A stretch of 64,000 bases of DNA from Octopus sinensis (lineage: Eukaryota). The notes under the pieces were generated by a model that saw nothing but the letters and a program-made list of their open reading frames with translations, ran no database searches and was not told where the DNA came from. Positions within the stretch are counted from its first letter, which is position 1, and each line of letters opens with the position of its first letter. The DNA is taken from assembly GCF_006345805.1 (NCBI RefSeq), contig NC_043001.1:83266001-83330000 (forward strand), in the 5' to 3' direction. Shown piece after piece: positions 11,831 through 23,700 of the stretch. The translations under genes were made by a program, and so were the position numbers.

Positions 11831-12437
11831 TATCTATTTCTAGCCATCGACGTTTGTCTTTGAATTCATCTCAGTATATCAGTCTATCTCTTTTTCTATT
11901 CTCATTAATACTTTTCCCGTCCAATTATCTTCGATAATAAATTACTCAGAGAACGGATGTCTATCAAACCCCACCCTTCTCCTCCAGTCATTATGTCTGC
12001 TGTTAGTTAACAACATCGCCGTGGCTCTCCGTCGCTGTCAAAGATGATTCTGGACTTTGCCCTCCTCTTAATGACATCTCTCCCCCCCCCCATACACTCG
12101 GACAGCTTTAAGAATAAAAACAAGAAATTCCATTCTGAACACATCGACATCACCGTTTGACCATCATTCACATCAAAGGGTGATCCAATATGATCATCGC
12201 TACATTTTTATTTATAGCGGTCAACAAAGCCTTACAGCCACCTGGGGGTAGTTTATGATGCAGTGACAGTGTATGCGGCCATGCTGGGGCATTACCTTGA
12301 AGGGTTTAGTGGAGCAAATTGCTCCCGGTACTTATTCTAAAGTATGGTATTTATTTTGTGTCTGTTTTTGCCGAACTGGTAAGTCACGGGGGCGTAAACA
12401 GACCAACACGGGTTGTCAAGTGGTGGGCGAAGAAATG

Positions 12438-12469
<32 letters not shown>

Positions 12470-12850
12470 CACACACACATATTCCCCAGAATCTCCCAAA
12501 ATTAGAAACCATTAATTATTATGCAAATCTGATAAGATTATCCATTAAGTCAATCAAGCATTATCGATCTATGTAATCACCATCGCCATACATTCCCTCA
12601 CACACTCGACGAGTTGCCACATAGTTTGTGTGCCAAGCAGCCCTTTCCAGGCACTAGTCAACCTCAAGTTCCATCATGTCGGACTGAACCTGAAACCACA
12701 CGTTTGCAAAGCGAGCTTCTTAACCACACCGCCATACTTGTCGCTAGTATACTAACACCACAATACCAATCTTTCCCATCACTTCACTATAAAGTCCATC
12801 AACATCATAACACAGCCTTCACCAGAATCATAACACCATAGCATCATGTA

Positions 12851-13117
12851 CAGTAATTCCTCACCATATCGCGGTTCACCTAACGCGCATTCAGTACATC
12901 GCGGCTCACCTATCATGCACTCAGCACATCGCGGTTCACCTATCACGCACTCAGTACATCGCGGATTTTTTTGGCTAATATATGTAAATTTATATCGCGG
13001 ACTCCTCAGTATATCGCGGGTTTCTGCGGCCGATAGGTATTTATATATTTTTTAGATTTTAATTATTTCTGTGGGAGGTTTTGGAACGTAACACCCGCGA
13101 TAGTCGAGGAATTACTG
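12851..13117. mobile_element. pogo/Tigger-type MITE with internal 30-bp tandem repeat
   Basis: TIRs cagtaattcctcaccatatcgcgg / ccgcgatagtcgaggaattactg, TA on both sides (12849-50, 13118-19); 3-4 copies of atcgcggttcacctatcacgcactcagtac. Confidence 0.85.
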
Positions 13118-13194
13118 TATATCATATTGCCGACAACATAACCTTCGCTATTATTTACATTCGACGGATATTTGTCCTCATCTTGTTTGTTGTT

Positions 13195-13240
13195 AACACA
13201 ACGTTTCGGCTGATATACCCTCCAGCCTTCTTCAGGTGTC
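13195..13240 (-). ncRNA. Minimal type-I hammerhead ribozyme motif (inverted arm)
   Basis: Exact reverse complement of 13314-13359. Confidence 0.8.
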
Positions 13241-13313
13241 TTGGGGAAATTTCGAACCTAGGTTCTCATTCCTAAGGCATTTTTCGATGTTATTATTATT
13301 ATTATGTCCCCAA

Positions 13314-13359
13314 GACACCTGAAGAAGGCTGGAGGGTATATCAGCCGAAACGTTGTGTT
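13314..13359 (+). ncRNA. Minimal type-I hammerhead ribozyme motif
   Basis: gacac-CTGAAGA-a-ggctg(gagggtatat)cagcc-GAAA-cg-TT-gtgtt: stem I gacac/gtgtt, stem II ggctg/cagcc, palindromic minimal stem III, predicted cleavage after 13354. Confidence 0.8.
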
Positions 13360-13943
13360 AACAACAAACAAGATGAGGATAAATATCTGGCGAATGCAAA
13401 TAATGTACATAATTCCTCATCTCTTAAATATAGAACTGTATAACCTTCACTGATAGAGTAAAATAACGAAGCAAGTTTTGTGAGGTCGTTCAACCTGCAA
13501 TACAAAGCAGCTAAATTTCCCCCGAAATCATTACCACGAATCAAATGTAAGATAATATAGAGCTGATACACACGATTTAAAACGGCGGGATGGTTACAAA
13601 TTGAATGCCTGTCATCGTAGAATTTCTGAATTAACATTATCCCTCCCTTTCTACTATAGGCACAAGGACTGAAATGCTTTTTTTGAGAGAACTAGTTGAT
13701 TACATTGATCCCCACCAGCGCTCCACTTTTGCTTATTTCGTCAAGCCCGGAAGGATCAAAGGCAATGTCGACCTCGGCGGAATTTGTACTCAGAATGCAA
13801 AGACGGACGAAATGTCACTAAGCATTTTGTCCGGCGAACTAACGATTCTGCCATGTCGTCTTCTGATTTATGCACAAGCCGAGGGGCTTAGATGATGGCT
13901 TGACCCTCGTATTTGATTGATACTATAGTTTATCAACCCGTGA

Positions 13944-14174
13944 GGCGGCAACCTGGCAGAAACGTTAGCACGCCGGGCGAAATGCGTAGCCGTATTTCGT
14001 CTGTCGTTGCGTTGTGAGTTCAAATTCCACCGAGGTCGACTTTGCCTTTCATCCTTTCGGGGTCGATAAATAAAGTACCAGTTACGCACTAGGGTCGATG
14101 TAATCGACTTAATCCCTTTGTCTGTCCTTGTTTGTCCCCTCTATGTTTAACCCCTTGTGGGCAATAAAGAAATA
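13944..14174 (+). mobile_element. SINE family A inserted in an older antisense copy; another reverse copy at ~13645-13865
   Basis: Full head, core and tail; tttatcaaccc repeated on both sides. Confidence 0.85.
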
Positions 14175-14440
14175 TATATTTTATCAACCCCGAAATGTCT
14201 AAACGTAAAAATCGATCTCAGCAAGATATGAGCTCAATGATAGATACGTAAAGCACAGTTAATAGCAATATCACGGCATTCAACGTGAATTTGTATATAC
14301 AGTGTAAATACAGCTAAGTATTTTGTCCGGCGTGCTAACGATTCAGTCGGCACCAACAACCACTGTGACAAGATTGTTTGACTTTCCAAGCAGATCAACA
14401 CAATATTACATCCTTCATCAACATCACTGAAATCAGATTT

Positions 14441-14657
14441 ACTCTTTACTCTTTTACTTGTTTCAGTCATTTGACTGCGGCCATGCTGGAGCACCGCATT
14501 TAGTTGAGCAAATCGACCCCCGGGACTTATTCTTTGTAAGCCCAGTACTTATTCTATCGGTCTCTTTTGCCGAACCGCTAAGTGACGGGGACATAAACAC
14601 ACCAGCATCGGTTGTCAAGCAATGCTAGGGGAACAAACACAGACACACACACATACA

Positions 14658-14706
<49 letters not shown>

Positions 14707-14868
14707 GACAGGCTTCTTTCAGTTTCCGTCTACCAAATCCACTCACAAGGCTTTGGTCGGCCCGAAGCTATAGTAGAAGACACTTGCCCAAGGTGCCACG
14801 CAGTCGGACTGAACCCGGAACCATGTGGTTAGTAAGCAAGCTACTTACCACACAGCCACTCCTGCGCC
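14441..14868 (-). mobile_element. SINE family B full copy
   Basis: Near-consensus copy with internal (TA)n; agattt at 14435-14440 and 14870-14875. Confidence 0.9.
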
Positions 14869-15294
14869 TAGATTTGCTAATGATATTTCTATCACCATTA
14901 TCGCCATCATCCCCACATCATGGACTTACAAGAAGTACATTAATCATCAATCATTCCAGTGTTTCCTCAGAGAACAAGAACCCTCTTCGACTATCTTTCC
15001 ATCATACGTTTTCTCTACAAGTAGTAAATCATTTGACAGGAGTTCAAACTGAAACATCAACAGCTGCGATTTAACTTCGAAGTGTTGCCTGCATCTATGT
15101 GTAAATTTTACAGTCGCACAATTTCATCTCGTCTCATATCATTCTTCTTAGCATGTGCGTGTGTATGTTTATGCGTGCGCACGCACACGCATACACAAGG
15201 GCTTAGTCTCAAAGGCCCTTTGTATCTTAGAAATACTCATAGATGCACGCGTATAAGCACACACCTATTTGTATTTATAGACAGACAGACAGAC

Positions 15295-15329
<35 letters not shown>

Positions 15330-16153
15330 ATATATATATATATATATATATAATATATATTATATATATATATACACATACATACATACATACATATATA
15401 GAGGTACATTGTGTAGCATGTAGTATGTATAACATACAAATATAAAAATAAAAGCGATGATAGAGAGAAGAGGCAAGGAAACATTGACTTAGACCGTTTA
15501 ACAAACCGAGAAACTGACCGACAGACAGACAGACCGACAAGCAGAATACACAGAACAGATTCGCAGAAAGGAGATTGTATTTATCTAAATACTTTCGAAT
15601 TCCGTTGAAATCGAGTGACACCAAATTTTTGTCTCTTATTTCCGATCGGAAATAAAGTTGGTTTCTTTAGAATTCCCCATACGTCTCTTAATCTTTGATT
15701 AGCTCTAAACTATATTCGATATTCCCATCTCTGACGGCTATGCTTTTGTCCCGAGTTCTACCATCGTTACTTAACAAACACCTTGCCTTCATTGTCACGA
15801 CCGTGTTGTCTTGAAAATGTAAAAGTATTCCTATGTTTGTTTGTTGGTTGGTTTTTGCAGTTTTTTTTTTTATATTTTATATTTATGTGTATGTTTGTTT
15901 TTCTATGGAGTTAACTTACTTCCGGTATTATAGTATTTAAAGTCAATGCTTCTACTAAGATTCAGGATGAATTTAAGCTGAAGCAAATTACATTAAATAG
16001 TTCATCGTTCCTTCATATAAACACGAAATATACACCTATGTATACATATACATACATATATTTAATACACACACGCCCACACACATATATACATATATGT
16101 ATATACACACACGTAAGTATATAAACATACATACACACACGTGTATATATATA

Positions 16154-16193
<40 letters not shown>

Positions 16194-16422
16194 ATGTTTA
16201 TAAACATATGTGTGCATGTAAATATATATATATATAATATATATATATGCACATAAGTATATTCAGTACATTTTACAGAAACGTACACAAATATATAAAT
16301 ACACATATTCAATACCGACATGTATACATACATATCTACACACACACATATGCACATGCAAATATCCATTCATATATGTACATATTTATACACATATATG
16401 CTTGCATATAAGTGCGTGTGTG

Positions 16423-16480
<58 letters not shown>

Positions 16481-16834
16481 GACATACATATACACACATA
16501 CATATATACATAATTATAGATATATGCATACATCCACAAGCACGTGTGTGATTGTATAGATGTGTGTGTGATTGTATAGATGAGTTCTGAAGTAATGTAG
16601 CAGTCAACTTTTACGTCACTTACCACGTAACTCGTCATTCTTGATTGAAGTCTATAAGTTCATCTGGTCACAGTCTCTAAAAGACCAGTCAGTATATATG
16701 ATAACTCTCTTCTTCAAGTCAGCACTGATGGAAAGAGCCAACGAACAGAGGCGTTCTTGCCGTGACCATCCCGACTTTTTCATTCCAAAACCTATTTTTA
16801 GCAGCATCAGAACATGCTATAAATACGTATATAT

Positions 16835-17113
16835 ACTCTTTTTACTCTTTTACTTCCTTCAGTCATTTGACTGCGGCCATGCTGGAGCACCGCCTTTAGT
16901 CGAGCAAATCTAGCCCAGGACTTATTCTTTGTAAGCCTAGTACTTATTCTTTGTAAGCCTAGTACTTATTTCTATCCATCTCTTTTGCCGAACCGCTAAG
17001 ATACGGGGACGCAAACACACCAGCATCGGTTGTCAAGCGATGTTCGGGGGACAAACACAGACACACACACACACACACACATATACATACATATGTATAT
17101 ATATATAATATAT

Positions 17114-17145
<32 letters not shown>

Positions 17146-17300
17146 CGACGGGCTTCTTTTAGTTTCCGTCTACCAAATCCACGCGCAAGGCTTTGGTAGG
17201 CTCGAGGCTATAGTAGAAGATACTTGCCCAAGGTGCCACGCAGTGGGACTGAACCGGAAAGTATGTGGTTGTTAAGTAAGCTACTTACCACACACCCACT
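16835..17300 (-). mobile_element. SINE family B with internal 22-bp duplication
   Basis: Same family; cttattctttgtaagcctagta duplicated at ~16921-16964. Confidence 0.85.
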
Positions 17301-17414
17301 TCTGTTCAGAATTTATTACTGATATAGTTACTTATTCCATGTCAGCCTTGTTCTAGCAGACTTGTATCCGAAAGCATTCCGACCATGACAACCCTATCTT
17401 TTTCTTATATATAG

Positions 17415-17600
17415 AAGTGCCCCGAAGATCTTTTTTCACTTACAGTACACTTATATTCTTTTCAAAATTCGGCGGCACACCTGAACAAAAAATGTAACTA
17501 AAAGCATAGGGAAAAAATTATATCGAGGGTACACTGCGGTACACCTAGCATCGTCTAGTGGCACACCAGTGTGCCACGGCATAACGATTGTGGAGCACTG
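17415..17600. mobile_element. Degenerate hAT (Charlie-type) MITE
   Basis: 3' end ggcacaccagtgtgccacggcataacgattgtggagcactg; atatagaa at 17409-17416 and 17601-17608. Confidence 0.5.
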
Positions 17601-17887
17601 ATATAGAACCCGCTCAGGACCACACAAACCTTCTAGAAATAACAGCCATAATATAGTAAAACTATGTACTCCTGTGTCAGGGATAGCGCACCTACGACTA
17701 TACTGTCCAATCTGGCCTTATTTTAAGACGCCACTAACCGTTTAGCATTTCAACCGGTAATATCAGGTCAAAATGTAGAGGCGTGTCGCTTAGTGGTTAG
17801 GATGTTGGACTTGTGATCGTAAGATTGTGATTTCGATTCCTGAACCGAGCAGTGCATTGTGTTCTTGAGCAAAACACTTAATTTCAC

Positions 17888-18317
17888 AGTTCTATATTTA
17901 AGAGATGAGGAATTATGTACATTATTTACATTTGACGGATATTTGTCCTCATCTTTGCTGTTAACACAAGGTTTCGGCAGATTTACCCCCCCCCCCAGTC
18001 TTCATTAGGTGTCTGGGGGAAATTTCGAACCTGGGTTCTCATTCCTAAGGTATTTTTCGATGTTATTATTATTCAGGTCACTGCCTGGAATCTGCAGATG
18101 GCGTAGAGCTACAAACCCCAAGATTCCGAGTTCGATTCCAGGCAGTGACCTGAATAATAATAATAATATAATAATAATAATAATGATGATATCGAAAAAT
18201 ACCTTAGGAATGAGAACCCAGGTTCGAAATTTCCCCAAGACACCTGATGAAGGCTGGAGGGTATATCAACCGAAACGTTGTGTTAACAACGAAGATGAGG
18301 ATAAATGTAAATAATGT
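17888..18317. mobile_element. Palindromic Penelope-like element, copy 2, with tRNA-like head
   Basis: Left arm (reverse, with tail) 17888-18092; right arm 18092-18317 begins ctgcagatggcgtagagct...gagttcgattccaggcagtg (B-box 18128-18139); TSD acttaatttcac/acttcatttcac at 17876-17887 and 18318-18329. Confidence 0.85.
18239..18284 (+). ncRNA. Minimal type-I hammerhead ribozyme motif (CUGAUGA variant)
   Basis: gacac-CTGATGA-a-ggctg..caacc-GAAA-cgTT-gtgtt; one mismatch in stem II. Confidence 0.7.
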
Positions 18318-19861
18318 ACTTCATTTCACGTTACTCCAGTCCATTCAGCTGGCAAAACCGAGTAACCCTGCGACAGACCGGCTTCCCATCCAGGTAGGGA
18401 ATTTATAGTCTATGTAAGCCGGCCCTGTAAGTCGGCATGTCTCGTAAAGGTATATTTGCCTAACTTTTATACCTAGTCCAAATATTCTACCTGTTTTATA
18501 TTCAAATAAGCTAGCTCCGGCCTCTTACACCTGCCCGACGATGTCATTCTGAAAATAAACAATTGTATCATCGAAATCTCGAAAATATGAGAGTTGTGTG
18601 ATAAGAAGCTGTGTTCCACCTTGGGCGAAGTGTTTTGTTCTATAGCCTCGGGCCGACTAAAGCCTTGTAAGTGGATTTGTTGACGGAAACTGAAAGAAGC
18701 TTCTCGTATATGTATATAACTATGTTCATCTTTATGTCTCTGTTTGTCCCTCACCACCACTCGACAACCGTTGTTGGTGTGTTTACATCCCCGTAAACTA
18801 GTGGTTTGGCAAAAGAGACCGAGAAAAATAGTGGAGTCGATTTTTTCGACTAAAATTCTTGAAGGCGTGACCCCAGTATGGCCGCAGTTTAATGACTGAA
18901 ATAGATAAATAATAAAAGATACAAGATAAAATCACCGTTACATTTGACAGAGTAATCTGAATATAAAAGCGATAACTAATATGAGGAATATTTAGCTGAT
19001 CTTTCTAGTAGTTCGAATGATCGCGTACAGGCACCCTCAGTGCCTTACTCCAGCTACATTTAGGTGGAAGAGTATAATGGTGATTAGTATCTGCCCGGTG
19101 TCTTATAAGTTACTATACGTATTCTGTGTGTACTATTCACAGCGTATGAATTTCCTCTCGCATTAATGGCGAATTCTTTCGTCTGAAATGCTGTCGAATT
19201 AAGCTCGCTTTAATCTACATACTAAACGGTCATTGTGCGTGAGGCCTATTGTCTTGGATTATAGAGCACCATATAATCTCAGAACGAATGCATGAGATGA
19301 AAATCTACTTCGGTAACTCGACTTCCTGTAAATAACAGCTAAGTCCCCTGTAAATAATCCCAAGGTACTGTCCTAAAAAGGGAAGGATATATTAAATAAT
19401 ATAGTCGTAGATACGCATACCACGGTGGGATGGTCACAGCTGGAATTCCTTTCATAATAGATCTGCATAGAGTTAACCTGGAGCAGGCTATTACAACGAA
19501 TGGACATTGTTGGTAACATTTCAATTGTTCAAAAAAACCCCAGATATTTGAAATTTTGGCACAAAACTAGCAATTTTTAGGAGGGGTGGTTAACTTGATT
19601 ATATCGATCCCAGTACTCGAGTACTATTTTATTGACCTCGAAAGGACAAACGACCAGGTTGACCTGGGTGGGATTTGAACTCAGAACGTAAAGAATCTGT
19701 AGAGTCCGGTGCGCTAACAAGTGTGCCAGCTCCGATTAATGATTTAATAAGGTCGGTAATTGTGATTTACCCCTTGGATGTGCAGTTCTATATTTAAGAG
19801 ATGAGGAATTATGTACATTATTTACATTCGACGGATATTTACCCTCATCTTGTTTATTGTT

Positions 19862-19907
19862 AACACAACGTTTCGGCTGATATACCTTCCAGCCTTCATC
19901 AGGTGTC
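19862..19907 (-). ncRNA. Minimal type-I hammerhead ribozyme motif (CUGAUGA, inverted arm)
   Basis: Minus strand gacacCTGATGAaggctggaaggtatatcagccGAAAcgttgtgtt. Confidence 0.8.
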
Positions 19908-19981
19908 TTGGGGGAAATTTCGAACCTGGGTTCTCATAATATTCCTTAGGAATGAGAACCCAAGTTCAAAATTTCCCCCAA

Positions 19982-20027
19982 GACACCTGAAGAAGGCTGG
20001 AGGGTATATCAGCCGAAACGTTGTGTT
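19982..20027 (+). ncRNA. Minimal type-I hammerhead ribozyme motif
   Basis: gacac-CTGAAGA-a-ggctg..cagcc-GAAA-cgTT-gtgtt, intact. Confidence 0.8.
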
Positions 20028-21063
20028 AACAACAAAGATGTGGACAAATACCCCTGTGTTTGACTGCAGCGATTCAAGGATATAACTGGTACTCAGTTTT
20101 TATCATTTAGCACAGCCATAAATTGTGGGGTATCCTTGGGGGTGGTGTTGACTAGAGCGATACCAGGTTATAACTGGTATTCAGATATCGATCACACAAA
20201 GAAGTTTTGGTGTCGTCGTTTTGTTGGTATTATTTTGATCGGTAGAAGAAATTGTACTCATGGATTTTGTTTTTCATACGAGGTCAGTGATATTGGATGT
20301 TATGAACGTTTTCTCTGGGTGTAAGTCTACAACTGCAGGAAAAAATATGTGCGGAGGAGGAATTATAAAAGGCGAGGAGACACGATCGATTTAGAAGTCC
20401 ATCTGGCGCGAGTTTAGTCTCCGAGGAGAAGACACTACAACGAGAAGTGAATGGAAGCAGCAAAATGCTCTCCACACGAGAATGGCCTCTACACCTGCAA
20501 ATAACGAATGCCAAGTAGAGTAATATTGATAACAATGACCATATGGTTCGAAGAAATTATATCCGTATGGAAAACGAATAACTAAGATGTAGACTAGTGC
20601 TACTGGGGAGATTGGATACTCTGTTACAATAAGTTATTACCTCTCATACATACGTTACGCAGTCAGGGTTAAGATTCCGGCTGTGTCCTTTTGAAGCATA
20701 TCTGCTTATTTCAGTATTCCAAATCCGTATGTTGATGTTATATATTTGTGTGAGTTATGTATGAGTTGAAAATACTGAAAAATATATCATTCTCTACCCG
20801 AGGAATTTGTAATAGATGTTTTGCGTAGCAAATGAAACACATGTAAAAAAGTTCCAATCTCCTGTTTACACACACACACACACACACACTCTCTCTCTCT
20901 CTCTCTCTCATTGCTCTCTCTGACACACATACACACACACTGTACTGAGTACTGACACGTAAATAAAACACCAGCTATATTTCTTTAGATGATGTTAAGA
21001 CCGCACCAAATAAGACAGGCCTAAGGAAACGACACACACACACACACAAGCCAATGAGTGCTT

Positions 21064-21097
<34 letters not shown>

Positions 21098-21179
21098 TCT
21101 CTCTCTAAATATAAGTTTGCTTGTATTTGTGTTATAACGTTTTAGTAAACATTCCAATGACTTTTGTTCTTTGTTATAG

Positions 21180-21314
21180 ATGGTCCGATTATCAACACTT
21201 GGAAATTTCCACTCCAAAACGCAGGATTAGGCAAGGTTCTATATGGAAAACCACCAATTGCCCCTGCAAACAAGTTGCCCCGCTCCACAACACCGATGTT
21301 GTTCAAGGAAAAAG
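21180..21314 (+). other. Candidate 135-nt exon, coding status unknown
   Basis: Acceptor cttttgttctttgttatag| and donor aaag|gtacgc; two of three frames open; no family recognised. Confidence 0.3.
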
Positions 21315-21637
21315 GTACGCTCAATATTATTTCGTACTGATTTTAGGAGACAAGTAATTAGATCTGTACATATTATCGGATTTTGTTAGGGCCCCATATG
21401 GTTACAGATATGGATGGGAAAAATGTGGGTAGATGGTGATGTTCTAGCAACCCTTATTGCTTTACTAAGTATACAACAACAAAAAATAATACGCAGAGGC
21501 AGCCATGGTTGAAAGAAGAACAAGAAATATAAACATTCTTAAAAGAGAAAAGAAGAATGGTCATTCCTTACCCAAGTGCCCTTATGTTATCGCCCATCAC
21601 TTGTTATGCGCTCATAAATTAGTTTGATAGCTGAGAT

Positions 21638-21710
21638 GTGATTGGCTGTATGCAAATGAGTTCATAACTGGGTTCCGGAACTCTCGTGGGGAAAAAATTT
21701 CGCGTCCAAG
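21638..21710. promoter_or_regulatory. Promoter-like motif cluster (CCAAT box, octamer, TTCCGGAA, E2F-like)
   Basis: gattggc 21640-21646, ATGCAAAT 21650-21657, ttccggaa 21673-21680, tttcgcgt 21698-21705, all in non-repetitive sequence. Confidence 0.45.
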
Positions 21711-22222
21711 ACTGCTTATTGAGTATTCGTAACCACTCTGTATATCTAGAAGTCATTCCACTATCCCGGGGTCCCGATGATTGGGAGTTATTACCACACC
21801 ACTGTGTCTATAGTAAATAGAAAAAAGAAATTGTCTCTATTTGTAGAGCATGAGTTATTTGGTTATTATGATACAATATCTAGACGTAGAGATGATTTTA
21901 ATGAATCATCTGTTTACGTTGTTCTGTATTTGATATATCTGTATATGTCTCTGTTGTTCATGCCTCTGGCCACTCTGTGTTACTTCTATTAGCTCAGTTT
22001 TGTTTGAAAATATAATAATGTATACTTTGACTACTGTGTGGACTGAGATGCCCTGTGACAGCTGATTAGAATACGTTTGTAGCGATTTAATTTAGGTCTT
22101 TTAAGTTAGGTAATCAGAAGTTTTGATGTTACTTTGGTGTAATAGTTAGTCGAATTGTACAATTTGCAGCAGACGCGGCGTTCAGATCTCGTTGGCGATG
22201 TTACTTTATTTTTCTGCTTTCA

Positions 22223-22580
22223 GGGCGGCGAGCTGGCAGAAACGTTAACACGCCGGGCGAAATGCTTCGCGGTATTTCGTCTGCCGTTGCGTTCTGAGTT
22301 CAAATTCCGCCGAGGTCGACTTTGCCTTTCATCCTTTCGGGGTCGATAAATTAAGAACCAGTTACGCACTGGGGTCGATGTGATCGACTTAAGCCGTTTG
22401 TCTGTCCTTGTTTGTCCCCTCTGTGTTTAGCCCCTTGTGGGTAGTAAAGAAAAGAGGTTGACTTTGCCTTTCATCGTCTCGGGGTCGATAAATTAAGCAT
22501 CAGTTGTGTACTGGGGTCGATCTTATCGATTGGACCCCTCCCTCAAAATCTGGGGCTTTGTACCTACAGTAGGAAATAAT
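22223..22580 (+). mobile_element. SINE family A partial dimer
   Basis: Full copy followed directly by the core and alternative tail of a second copy. Confidence 0.85.
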
Positions 22581-23049
22581 ATTTTTCTTTCTTCTTCTTC
22601 TTCCCCTAACGCTAGTCGCCTGATATTGAGGAACGTGAAAAACCGTGAAGCAGCTCTCATACCTTTCACTAAATCATATTTTACCTTATTGAAAAATTCC
22701 GAGTATCATTTCTTATAACCGCGTACACAGATGTGTTCCTATTGATTAGTGTGTGCGTATGTGTATGTGGGTGTGTAACAACAGGAGGCTTGAGACTGTT
22801 CTGAAAATATTCCAAATAAACCAAATATTAGCAAACATATACAAAATAAAACCAAAAATAATGACAATAACCCGCCAAGAAGAAAAAAAAAGGAAGAAAA
22901 TATTACCATTGCCTCAAGCAAGATTCGAACTAGTACTTAAAATATCGGATTTACTACCTTTTATCCTTATTCACTACGTAAATGTGTTGCTCTTCAACAT
23001 ACCTGAAAAGTTATTCGAGTTGGCGACACTTGGCCCCTCAAAGACGCCT

Positions 23050-23135
23050 CAAAGTTAATTAATTCGTCCCAAAATTAATTAATTCTTTCCTATGGTAGTC
23101 AAACAACTAATTTCGCGCCCCAAAATCAGTCAGAT
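23050..23135 (+). promoter_or_regulatory. Candidate core promoter (TAATTA clusters, E2F site, Inr-like TCAGT)
   Basis: ttaattaatt twice (23054-23084), TTTCGCGC 23111-23118, TCAGT 23126-23130. Confidence 0.3.
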
Positions 23136-23534
23136 TCTGTTCTATTTGTTTTTCTGGGTTGATTTTTTTTTGTGTTCTTGTTATATTTTGTTTTTAACAT
23201 TTTTTATTGTTATTTCATCCATTTGTATATTCACGTTGTTTGTATTTTTATTCTAATGCAAATTGCATTCTTTCTTTATTTGTTTATTGTTGTTGCAAAT
23301 TTTGCGTACTTCCCTCGGGAAGAATTTCGTTTTTCGTTATTTTCTTATATTTATTTATTATTATTTTTTCTTTGTTTTATAAATTTTATTATTTTTCTGA
23401 CAAGACCTGTTTCACTGCATGGCGGTAAATCCAGACCCAGACATGCGACATATCCCCTTCATATAATAAGGTCGTACTTTCCCAATGTTAACGAGCAATA
23501 ATAATAACAACAACAACAGCAACTGCTGTTGCAG

Positions 23535-23700
<166 letters not shown>

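Larger units (their letters stand above)
13150..13439. mobile_element. Palindromic Penelope-like (pLTR-type) non-autonomous element, copy 1
   Basis: Left arm 13150-13303 is the reverse complement of right arm 13307-13439 over ~97 bp; only the right arm has the ~35-nt tail; TSD ataaccttcgct/ataaccttcact at 13138-13149 and 13440-13451. Confidence 0.85.
17779..18460 (+). mobile_element. SINE family D, split by palindromic element copy 2
   Basis: Head ggcgtgtcgcttagtggttagg...tttcgattcc; body resumes at 18330 with ccctgcgacagaccggcttcccatccagg. Confidence 0.75.
19783..20050. mobile_element. Palindromic Penelope-like element, copy 3
   Basis: Left arm (reverse, with tail) 19783-19937; right arm ~19942-20050; weak flanking repeat tacccct. 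Confidence 0.85.

Noticed and set aside
12237-12252. CTCF-like motif gccacctgggggtagt
   Set aside because: Two mismatches to the core in either orientation; expected by chance in 64 kb.
12868-12965. 30-bp tandem units resembling a CRISPR array
   Set aside because: No unique spacers, inside a Tigger-type MITE, eukaryotic context.
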